DNA of 64,000 bases, taken from positions 32,001-96,000 of IMG/VR virus record IMGVR_UViG_3300028591_000085. One strand, written 5' to 3'. This stretch comes from a virus (taxonomy: Duplodnaviria; Caudoviricetes). How positions within the stretch are numbered: the first letter of the stretch is position 1; each line of letters starts with the position of its first letter. Shown one piece after another: positions 10,607-18,400 of the stretch. Below the pieces are notes generated by a model that did not search any database, was not told the origin of the DNA, and saw only the letters and a program-made list of their open reading frames with translations. Both the position numbers and the translations under genes were made by a program.

Positions 10607-10687
10607 TTGTCAATAATATCATTACCAACTTACGCATTCCGATTGATGGAAAGTAAGACGTAAGGTTTCGTGTAATGATTGAGACAA
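10607..10687 (+). ncRNA. Conserved structured 5' leader motif, copy A
   Basis: Core CAACTTACG CATTCC GATTGAT GGAA AGTAAGA CGTAAGG TTTCG inside outer stem atcattac/gtaatgat; five copies in window. Confidence 0.75.
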
Positions 10688-10712
10688 AATAAATTTTAAA
10701 GGAGGAATCATT

Positions 10713-11066
10713 ATGACAAAAATCGTAAACCTCACTCCCCACATGGTAACCATCATGGGCGAGGGCAACAAGTTTGCCCTCAATATCGAGCCATCTGGCA
10801 AGTTGGCTCGTGTATCCGCTACGACCGTAGTCGTAGGTGAGATAGAGGTGAGGACCGACATACGGACGACGTTTAAGGTACCCATAACGACAACCCGTTA
10901 CGGGGAGGTTGAGGGACTCCCCGATCCCGCGCCTGATACTATCTACGTAGTATCCTCCCTTGTCGCGGGACGTGTCCCCGACAGGGAGGATGTTTTCATC
11001 CCGAACGAGTCCGTTCGGGATGACGAGGGGAGGATCATCGGATGCCGTTCCCTCGGCCACATCTGA
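10713..11066 (+). CDS. NLTPH-family small protein; possible Crn4-like cyclic-oligoadenylate ring nuclease
   Basis: GGAGG RBS; motifs NLTPH, PSG..ARV, GLP, YVVS..VA, R.D..P, VRD..G.IIGC; GC much higher than flanks. Crn4 link is from memory and unverified. Confidence 0.55.
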   Translation: MTKIVNLTPHMVTIMGEGNKFALNIEPSGKLARVSATTVVVGEIEVRTDIRTTFKVPITTTRYGEVEGLPDPAPDTIYVVSSLVAGRVPDREDVFIPNESVRDDEGRIIGCRSLGHI

Positions 11067-11074
11067 TGACCTAA

Positions 11075-11410
11075 ACCACATGAAAGGAGGTGATTAACAT
11101 GTGGAATTAATTAGCACCCATCCCCAAAGGGTGAACGTGGTTTCTATACTGACACGTAAAAAAGTATAGCGTTGATAGTTTCGTAAAACTATAGATATCC
11201 GTCATACTTTGTATGGTCCAGAGCTCGCTAGTGGGAGTAACTGGTGAAAAGGAAGAAAGAAGTAATACTATGCGAGTTAGTATTATGAGCGCTCACTAGA
11301 AATGCCGAACATCTTGGGGTGGAAGATACGTATAAGAATCAGAAATGTACGGCGCATTTCTGTTACATAACTAAAAATAAGTTGAAGTTCTCGCATCAAC
11401 TTATTTTTTT
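11075..11410 (+). ncRNA. Unannotated highly structured RNA (about 335 nt, multiple hairpins and pseudoknots)
   Basis: No long ORF; at least 8 hairpins and 3-4 loop-to-distal complementarities; ends in a terminator. Confidence 0.65.
11373..11410 (+). terminator. Intrinsic terminator
   Basis: aaaaataagttga/tcaacttattttt plus T-run. Confidence 0.75.
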
Positions 11411-11463
11411 ATAATTTTTTATATAATCAAATTTACTCATTCGTATTTTGTTTTTTTGTATAT

Positions 11464-11472
11464 ATATATTAT
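11464..11472 (+). promoter_or_regulatory. Early-type promoter motif
   Basis: ATATATTAT just upstream of leader copy B. Confidence 0.55.
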
Positions 11473-11494
11473 TTATTTAGTCATATTGATAATA

Positions 11495-11570
11495 TACCAA
11501 TAGAACTATACCAACTTATGCATTCCTAATAGAGGATATTAGTCATAAGGTGTCGAGTATAGTTATGGTA
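11495..11570 (+). ncRNA. Conserved structured 5' leader motif, copy B
   Basis: CAACTTATG CATTCC TAATAGA GGAT ATTAGT CATAAGG TGTCG; outer stem aactatac/gtatagtt. Confidence 0.75.
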
Positions 11571-11594
11571 AATAAAAAATAAGGAGGTATCATT

Positions 11595-11903
11595 ATGACT
11601 GATAAGAACATATTCGAAATAGCCTCAAACGATGCTGAGGCTAACCAACTCATGGAGAAGGTTTTTTATGCATCAAAAACCTTCAACGACACTCTGTTCT
11701 CGATCAAATATTTGATCGAGAACAGATACAATAATAAAGCTCCTGGATCAATGATTGAGCTGCTCTATCAGCTCAAAGGTATGGCAGAAAAGTTAATAGT
11801 ATCTGCCGAAATCATTTCCGACTTCGGTCATATGCTGGCCGAAGTCAAGGCTTTGAGCGAAAATGATTCAGTCGAAGCTGAGGAAGCTAAGACTGAGGGC
11901 TAA
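11595..11903 (+). CDS. Hypothetical helical protein (cassette cargo)
   Basis: AAGGAGGT RBS, 102 aa, own promoter, leader and terminator. Confidence 0.8.
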   Translation: MTDKNIFEIASNDAEANQLMEKVFYASKTFNDTLFSIKYLIENRYNNKAPGSMIELLYQLKGMAEKLIVSAEIISDFGHMLAEVKALSENDSVEAEEAKTEG

Positions 11904-11908
11904 AAGAT

Positions 11909-11956
11909 AAGGACTCCCCGAACAATCTGGTGTTCGTTCGGGGAGTCTTTTTTTTT
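11909..11956 (+). terminator. Intrinsic terminator between convergent genes
   Basis: ggactccccgaac/gttcggggagtc plus T9. Confidence 0.8.
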
Positions 11957-14900
11957 AATCTTTTTTGTCATAAATTTCTTTTAAGCTTCTTTTTAATTCT
12001 ATAATGCATTTATTACCAAGTGCTGTTAACAATATACTCGGTGTCATACGTTTTAAAATACTATTAGAAGCTATTATTGTACTAACTTCTTCTTCGGGTC
12101 TATAACTACTCCAGGGTTCATATCCTGCAGGAATTATTTCACCAATGGTATTCTTAAGAGCAGTAAAATTGGCTATCTTGGAGCCAACTTCTAGAGGTTC
12201 AGAGTGTTTTACATAGAACTCTATAAGTACTCCACCCTCTTCAATTTTTTCTCCTTTAATAACACCAAATTTATTGGGTTCAATTTTTTTACTTGTTTCA
12301 TTAACAAGTAAACCACATTTAACTATACTACCAGCTGAGTCCGGATCATACTTTTCTAAGAACTTTTTCTTAGAATTTATAGTACTATAATAATTACTTA
12401 CAATCTTTCTTAATGAAGGTGAAAGCTCATCAAGTTCAACTGTAGAATATATCTTAATTTCTTCAATTACTCCTGAATATTTGGAATGAATGTCATTCCT
12501 ACTCCCTTCAAGAATAGTAGATTGTTCCTCTTGACTAAGATTTGCAAGTAAAGTATTCAATGAATTATCTTCAAATGAAGTATCAAATTGAATCAAGCTG
12601 TCTCCTACTTTTATTTCTTGACCTTTTTTAACCATATATTCAACGTTAGCATTTTTACCAATTACAACACTCTTTAAGAAACACATCTCTGTTGCAGCTT
12701 CATCTGATAATTTTTCAGTTATCATTGTAGCATCTTGATAAGTGTTATAAGTAGACATGATTGCAACTTTAGTAAGTGTTCCCATGTTCATTCTGCAATT
12801 ATTAAACTTATCATTGGTAAAGAAGTCTTTATGATAAGCTAATACAGAATCTTTCTTAAACTTATCTCCAACTTTTAATGTAGTAATTAATTGGTTACTC
12901 AAGAAGAAACCACCGCCACCATTTTTAACAATAGTATGACCTAGGTTAACAGCTTGACATTTCCCAGAGTTATATTTAACTATCATTATATCATCTTTAT
13001 AATCTACTACAATACCATCTTCAGCAGCATTGACAGCAAAGTCTGATGATAATTGGAAACGACAAACTTCTTCCATACCATTAGATATTAATACAGGGGA
13101 TGATTTCTTTACAGGAATAGTATGTTTAGATTGTTTTAATGCGTGTCCAAGACGAGTAGGGTCATCATTAGTAGCACCTAAAGGTATAGTTAATTCAGCA
13201 GGTGAGAATACATCTACATCGTGTAACGTATCCAATTTTTCATTTTTTGAATCAACGTAATTTAAATCAACATATCCACGTAACGACGTTATTGAAGGAT
13301 TAAACGTAAGAGTCTTGCTTACACCACAAGAACCGTCAGGAGATGTTGACGGTGATATAACACCTATCGAGGTCTTATCAAAAGTTCTTTTAGGAACTGT
13401 ATAAGATTCATCAAGGTTAGCACCTCTAAATCCTTTACTAGAAATACCACGGAACATTTCCATTTCAAGTGTTGGATTAAGTGTGGAATAATCTTCAACA
13501 GTTTTTAATGCAATAAGTTCTTTTATTACACAATCCTGAGGTACTGAATATGCTTTTTTACCGTTACTATTTCTATATAAAATATATTTCTTAGCAAGAC
13601 GCTCATAAAGAATAGCAGGTATTATTTCATTACATCTAATTCTTGATAGTCCCTGATTTATTTCAGGAGTATATTGAGAATCAGATAATAATGATACAGC
13701 GTATATGATTATCTCTATTAAGTCATAAGGAATATTAATATCTTTACATACTTCCACAGTTATGGGGTCCATCATAAATTCATACACGTTAAGTAATGCA
13801 TTTGCAATTGCAGCTTTACCCCAAACTTTTATTAAATATGGCATATATGGTTCTTTAGTATCCATTTCAGAGATTTTATAATTCTGAGTATCTAAGAATC
13901 TGTATCCATTTATTAATAAATCAATACCAACTGTAGATTCGTATACAAGATAGCAATCTGCAAATCTTAAATAGCTTTCATTAGGTTTAAGCTCAGGAAA
14001 CTTATCGTCAAGTCTATATTTAACTTTTCCTTTTTTAAGTAATGATGATAAACCTTCCCAAAATCCCAATAATAAACCAACAGCAACATACTGTTCAAGA
14101 ACTTTTGCTCTGGTATACATAAGTCTCTTAGGAGCTCTAGTAGATTCATATACATGTTTTTCTTCATCAGATAAAGCATTTAACATAATATAAACTATGG
14201 TATCATTATTATCAGTTTTTTGAGTTTCCTCATTTATATAAATAGGAGAACCGCTTTTATCTAAACCAATAAAGATATATCCTTTCTTCATGGGTATATC
14301 TCTTTTTTTAGCAAATTCTATTGCTTCATTCTGGTTAAATAAAATTTCAGTCTTTCCTTTTTTAAACTTTATCGCAATCTTAGAAAGTTCATCATACTCT
14401 ACTGTAGTAATAAACTTATTGTTTATTGAGATACAGTTTCCATATGTAAAGTATTTCTTTATTTCATCTGACTTTTTCAATACAGTTTTAAGTCTTTCTA
14501 TAGATGATAAAGATTTAGTTCCAACTCGTTCAATAAACATCTTATTGTAGTTAGTTGTTAACTGAACTATATTTGAACTAGTCTTCACAACTGGATATAA
14601 TAAGTTTTGTTTTTTGATAACTTTTCTATTGCCACCTATATAAATAAATTTATCTTCTATAAATTTAGGTATATCAACCTTAATTGTATGACGTTTTCTA
14701 TTAGTATCTTCAAGATAAATAGTATATGTATCTTTATAATTTAACTCATCAGACGAATCTTGAATTTTTATATCTCTAACAAACATGGGAAGAGACTTAT
14801 TATTTAATGAAAGAATTGCATCAGTTATATCTTTCGGCATTAATTTTTCATTATATTCCTTATCAAAATTATCAAATTTCAGTTGCGTCACATTTTTATT

Positions 14901-16307
14901 ACTTGTTCTAACAGATGCCGATACATCGTGAGTAGGTATTTGGATATGAGAAGCTTGAATTTTCTCAATTTCTTTGATTGTCATTCCTTTTATTTTAAGA
15001 TCAGCTTGCGCTTTCCTAAGTTCTTCATCTCTTGCTGTTGATGCAGTCTTCTTAGGAACAACGGGTGAAATCACTTCATCATAAATTGTATTTAATAATT
15101 CTTTATCAGAATCTATGTCATTTTCCAATTTAGTCTGTACTGCTGTTTTTATATTATCGGATGTTAAACTCTTAGTATATGCATCCGGAGCAATCTTCTC
15201 AACTTCATTTCTTATCGCAACAGCTTTTGCTCTAATTGCATTATAAACTTTATCACTACCAGTTATAACTTTTCTATCACCAAGAGTAGATTTTGAAACA
15301 GTGGGTCTTTCAACCTTATTTGACGATGGTTTATATGTTGCTTTAGATTCATCTTGTTTAACTTCATCTAAAGATGTTATAATAGTATTATTTTTAGTAT
15401 TATTAATACTATTATTCAATTCACCAATAGTATTTTCAACAGCTTCATCCTTCTTAATCTGCTCTTCATTAACTGCGTCATTAAAGAATGATACATTTGA
15501 ATATAGTCTATTCATTTCTCTACGGAAAATTGTATATGTTTTCTTATCACAATTATATGGATTGAACTTTAAGCTCTTTTTATCAGTAAACATATAGAAA
15601 TCAATATTTAATGCTGTAATCATATCAGGATATTTAAGTAATGTATAGTATAGCATAAAGACAGGATTTGTCATATTCTCTTTCAAATTTTTATACATAG
15701 GATAATTTGAAACATCAATTAAAACAAATCTATTTTGATATGCTGTCAGATTAGGAGCAAATAATATACTTCTTAAATAATCCCAGTACATTTTAATCTT
15801 TCTAACTGGTGAAATTTTTTCACACAGTGTTAAAAAGATATTCATATGCTTTGATAAATCATAGTATAGATTCCTATCATCTTTACCATCAATAGCAAGT
15901 TTTATATAAGGATGAATTTTATTTTGTGATTTTGACAATACCTTTTTATATAATTCTTTACGTAAATCAAGCTCACGTATTCTAAATGTTTTTCCATACA
16001 ATTTACCACTATACATCGGGTTATAATAGTAATAGAAATATTTATTTGCATTGACAAAGTTTATGGTATTTGTCATTAAATTAAGAGATTCATCTGTATT
16101 ATTGGTATATAAAAAACAAAGGTTTCCTCTATTCCCATTAGTACCTTTAGGTAACGTAATTTTTTTATTTATTAATTTTAAATATGGTACATTATCAGGG
16201 TAAACTGCTTCCATCATTACATCATTTTCGCTATCAATATCTGTAACAACTTCAGTCATGAGTTCTTCTTCCTGTTTACCATTTATAACATCGAAAAATA
16301 AACTCAA
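11955..16307 (-). CDS. Phage multisubunit RNA polymerase beta-type subunit (probably virion RNAP)
   Basis: STSPDGSCGV (ETPEGxNxG-like), HALKQSKHTIP (NMQRQAVP-like), TYQDA, GSKIANFTALKNTIG (GDK...KG-like), ILKRMTPS; about 480-aa N-terminal extension. Confidence 0.88.
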   Translation of the reverse strand: MSLFFDVINGKQEEELMTEVVTDIDSENDVMMEAVYPDNVPYLKLINKKITLPKGTNGNRGNLCFLYTNNTDESLNLMTNTINFVNANKYFYYYYNPMYSGKLYGKTFRIRELDLRKELYKKVLSKSQNKIHPYIKLAIDGKDDRNLYYDLSKHMNIFLTLCEKISPVRKIKMYWDYLRSILFAPNLTAYQNRFVLIDVSNYPMYKNLKENMTNPVFMLYYTLLKYPDMITALNIDFYMFTDKKSLKFNPYNCDKKTYTIFRREMNRLYSNVSFFNDAVNEEQIKKDEAVENTIGELNNSINNTKNNTIITSLDEVKQDESKATYKPSSNKVERPTVSKSTLGDRKVITGSDKVYNAIRAKAVAIRNEVEKIAPDAYTKSLTSDNIKTAVQTKLENDIDSDKELLNTIYDEVISPVVPKKTASTARDEELRKAQADLKIKGMTIKEIEKIQASHIQIPTHDVSASVRTSNKNVTQLKFDNFDKEYNEKLMPKDITDAILSLNNKSLPMFVRDIKIQDSSDELNYKDTYTIYLEDTNRKRHTIKVDIPKFIEDKFIYIGGNRKVIKKQNLLYPVVKTSSNIVQLTTNYNKMFIERVGTKSLSSIERLKTVLKKSDEIKKYFTYGNCISINNKFITTVEYDELSKIAIKFKKGKTEILFNQNEAIEFAKKRDIPMKKGYIFIGLDKSGSPIYINEETQKTDNNDTIVYIMLNALSDEEKHVYESTRAPKRLMYTRAKVLEQYVAVGLLLGFWEGLSSLLKKGKVKYRLDDKFPELKPNESYLRFADCYLVYESTVGIDLLINGYRFLDTQNYKISEMDTKEPYMPYLIKVWGKAAIANALLNVYEFMMDPITVEVCKDINIPYDLIEIIIYAVSLLSDSQYTPEINQGLSRIRCNEIIPAILYERLAKKYILYRNSNGKKAYSVPQDCVIKELIALKTVEDYSTLNPTLEMEMFRGISSKGFRGANLDESYTVPKRTFDKTSIGVISPSTSPDGSCGVSKTLTFNPSITSLRGYVDLNYVDSKNEKLDTLHDVDVFSPAELTIPLGATNDDPTRLGHALKQSKHTIPVKKSSPVLISNGMEEVCRFQLSSDFAVNAAEDGIVVDYKDDIMIVKYNSGKCQAVNLGHTIVKNGGGGFFLSNQLITTLKVGDKFKKDSVLAYHKDFFTNDKFNNCRMNMGTLTKVAIMSTYNTYQDATMITEKLSDEAATEMCFLKSVVIGKNANVEYMVKKGQEIKVGDSLIQFDTSFEDNSLNTLLANLSQEEQSTILEGSRNDIHSKYSGVIEEIKIYSTVELDELSPSLRKIVSNYYSTINSKKKFLEKYDPDSAGSIVKCGLLVNETSKKIEPNKFGVIKGEKIEEGGVLIEFYVKHSEPLEVGSKIANFTALKNTIGEIIPAGYEPWSSYRPEEEVSTIIASNSILKRMTPSILLTALGNKCIIELKRSLKEIYDKKD

Positions 16308-16337
16308 AAGAAAACACTCCTTTCAAATAAAAAATAT

Positions 16338-16349
16338 TATACCAATGTT
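16338..16349 (-). promoter_or_regulatory. Late-type promoter motif
   Basis: AACA-TTGGTA-TA. Confidence 0.6.
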
Positions 16350-16368
16350 TTGGGGTCGGTTTTTCAAT

Positions 16369-16405
16369 AAAAAAGATGTAGGGATTTATGTAAATCCCTA
16401 CATCT
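16369..16405 (-). terminator. Intrinsic terminator
   Basis: agatgtagggattta/taaatccctacatct with U-tract on minus strand. Confidence 0.75.
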
Positions 16406-16410
16406 ATTAA

Positions 16411-18351
16411 TTAATCGTTGAAATAATTCATATTAATGCTACTCATCATATCATCATACATTTCTTCTAACGACTCTTGAACTTGCATTCTGCCTTTTCT
16501 ATCAGCAGTGACAACTTCACTATCACTCTTATTTTTATCAGGTAAATTATCAACCCACGTTTTTAACGTGCTCATATACTTACCCTTCCACTTAGTGAAA
16601 GCTTCGTTAGGAGTACCATCAGAATCTCTGTAAGGTTCAGGAATTATATCCAGATAATCTTTAGAGCCATTAACTTCTTTCCAACACCAATACTTAGGAG
16701 CAGGAGGGAAATCATAATCCTGGTCAAATTGTATTCTAGCATCAGAATAAAGTTTATTATAATAAACCCCATCTCTTTTATCGTCTTCTTTTTTCCTTAA
16801 ACCATGATGGCCTGCAGATGAGTATTTGGTCTTATAACCTTTTTGATTTAATACTTCGATAATGGGTTTCATATCATTATCAATATTAGCAGCTTCATTA
16901 ATAGATTCAGTTGCTACCATTTCTTGAGCTACATCATTTATATGATTTTTGATATATCGAATTTTATTAGTATATGCGACTATAGCATCGATATTATTAT
17001 CATTCATAGCTTCATCGAGTTTAGATTCGTATAACGAAATAATTTGTAATTCAGGAGTTAAATCGTTATTACCATCACGCAACTCATCTAGTTCAGATAT
17101 CATGCTCTCAAGCGCAGTTTTATCTGTTTTACTCGTTGACTTATTGTCTTCTTTCTTTTCATCTTTATTCTTTTCATATTCCGCAAAATCTTTACCTATT
17201 TTTTTAATCTTTTCTTTATCTTTCTTTTCGTTCTTTTCTCTATTTTTATCATTCAATTCTTTTTCTGTTGTTTTAATAAAAGCATTAAGTTCTTTTACTT
17301 CATCATTAGTAAGCTCTTTTTGTAACTCTCTCAGCTTCTTCTCTTTTTCAATTAAAGATCGCTTTAATTCAGCAAGTGTCTTTTCATCTAAATTAAATTT
17401 AGATTTAAACTTAATTTTGTTTTTAATAATTGCTTTATCTAAAGCTACCTTTTTAATTTTAGCAGGAAGAACTATACGAGTTTTAACTTTAGCTGCAAGA
17501 CTCCTGATAACATCTTCTGTAGTATAGTTATATTCTATTTCATCATTATTGATGTAATCGAGTACAGATTCTATTTCAACATCATCAGGTAACTCAATGC
17601 CTTCATAATTATCCGGATCAGTTTGAGTTTTATCTTCAATAGAATCATCTAATGTTTTCACATCCTTTATTACAGATTCAGGATCTCCTAATCCCTCAGT
17701 AGACCCCGTCTGAGGAAGCATATTAGCAATAAAATTCTCATCTATAGTAGGTTCTGAAGTTTCAGATTTTATATTTGAAGGTTCATTTAAGTCAGTATCA
17801 TCAGACGATAAATATTCATCATTATCATCATCAGAATCTTCTACAACTAAATTAGCTATATTTGATAATATAGTTGTGCCATTTTCAAGAATAAAATCAG
17901 AAATACTACTTTCCATAATTTCATCTCTCTTACTCTCCTTAGCAACAGCGGGTGGCTTTATAGTTGCAAAATAAACACTTCTAGGACCGTAATCAACACG
18001 ACATTTGTTTTCATATTCATTTATAATATCACGAACCTTATCGGTTTTAGCGGCTGATATCATAGATTTATAAAACCCATTAACTTCATCAAGTTCCTTT
18101 TTCATAGATACTATCATATCCTTATATTCGGGATACTTTTCCTTAAACTTCTTAATCTTCATCTCTAACTTAACTTTTTTAACTATGATTTTTTTAGCGT
18201 CACTATCTATTGGGTATTTAATTTGATTAGTAACCGATTTACCAGCTGCAGTAGTAACAGCACTCATCATAACCGATTCATTAAATTTATCTGAAGAATT
18301 GCGTCTAACTTCATTAATAATACTATCAAGATATTTATCAACGTTAATCAC
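16411..18351 (-). CDS. Putative virion head protein
   Basis: 646 aa; many xxE-S/A sites (FNES, IMES, ALES, LYES, ATES, INEA, VQES); coiled coil; C-terminal globular domain (LNQKGYKTKYSSAGH). Confidence 0.6.
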   Translation of the reverse strand: MINVDKYLDSIINEVRRNSSDKFNESVMMSAVTTAAGKSVTNQIKYPIDSDAKKIIVKKVKLEMKIKKFKEKYPEYKDMIVSMKKELDEVNGFYKSMISAAKTDKVRDIINEYENKCRVDYGPRSVYFATIKPPAVAKESKRDEIMESSISDFILENGTTILSNIANLVVEDSDDDNDEYLSSDDTDLNEPSNIKSETSEPTIDENFIANMLPQTGSTEGLGDPESVIKDVKTLDDSIEDKTQTDPDNYEGIELPDDVEIESVLDYINNDEIEYNYTTEDVIRSLAAKVKTRIVLPAKIKKVALDKAIIKNKIKFKSKFNLDEKTLAELKRSLIEKEKKLRELQKELTNDEVKELNAFIKTTEKELNDKNREKNEKKDKEKIKKIGKDFAEYEKNKDEKKEDNKSTSKTDKTALESMISELDELRDGNNDLTPELQIISLYESKLDEAMNDNNIDAIVAYTNKIRYIKNHINDVAQEMVATESINEAANIDNDMKPIIEVLNQKGYKTKYSSAGHHGLRKKEDDKRDGVYYNKLYSDARIQFDQDYDFPPAPKYWCWKEVNGSKDYLDIIPEPYRDSDGTPNEAFTKWKGKYMSTLKTWVDNLPDKNKSDSEVVTADRKGRMQVQESLEEMYDDMMSSINMNYFND

Positions 18352-18400
18352 TATTAATCATTCCTTTCTTGGAAATATCTTATTCTTTTGTTTTTCACGT

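Noticed and set aside
10419-11081. 220-aa minus-strand ORF (and 10622-10885)
   Set aside because: Antisense to the RBS-bearing, motif-rich 117-aa gene and crosses its promoter and leader; open because of local high GC
11134-11169. preQ1-I riboswitch or tmRNA pk1 resemblance (ACGTGGTT...CACGTAAAAAA)
   Set aside because: The ligand-pairing C at the end of the loop is absent, the 7-bp second stem is self-sufficient, no regulated gene follows, and there is no tRNA-like domain or tag ORF; kept only as a generic pseudoknot
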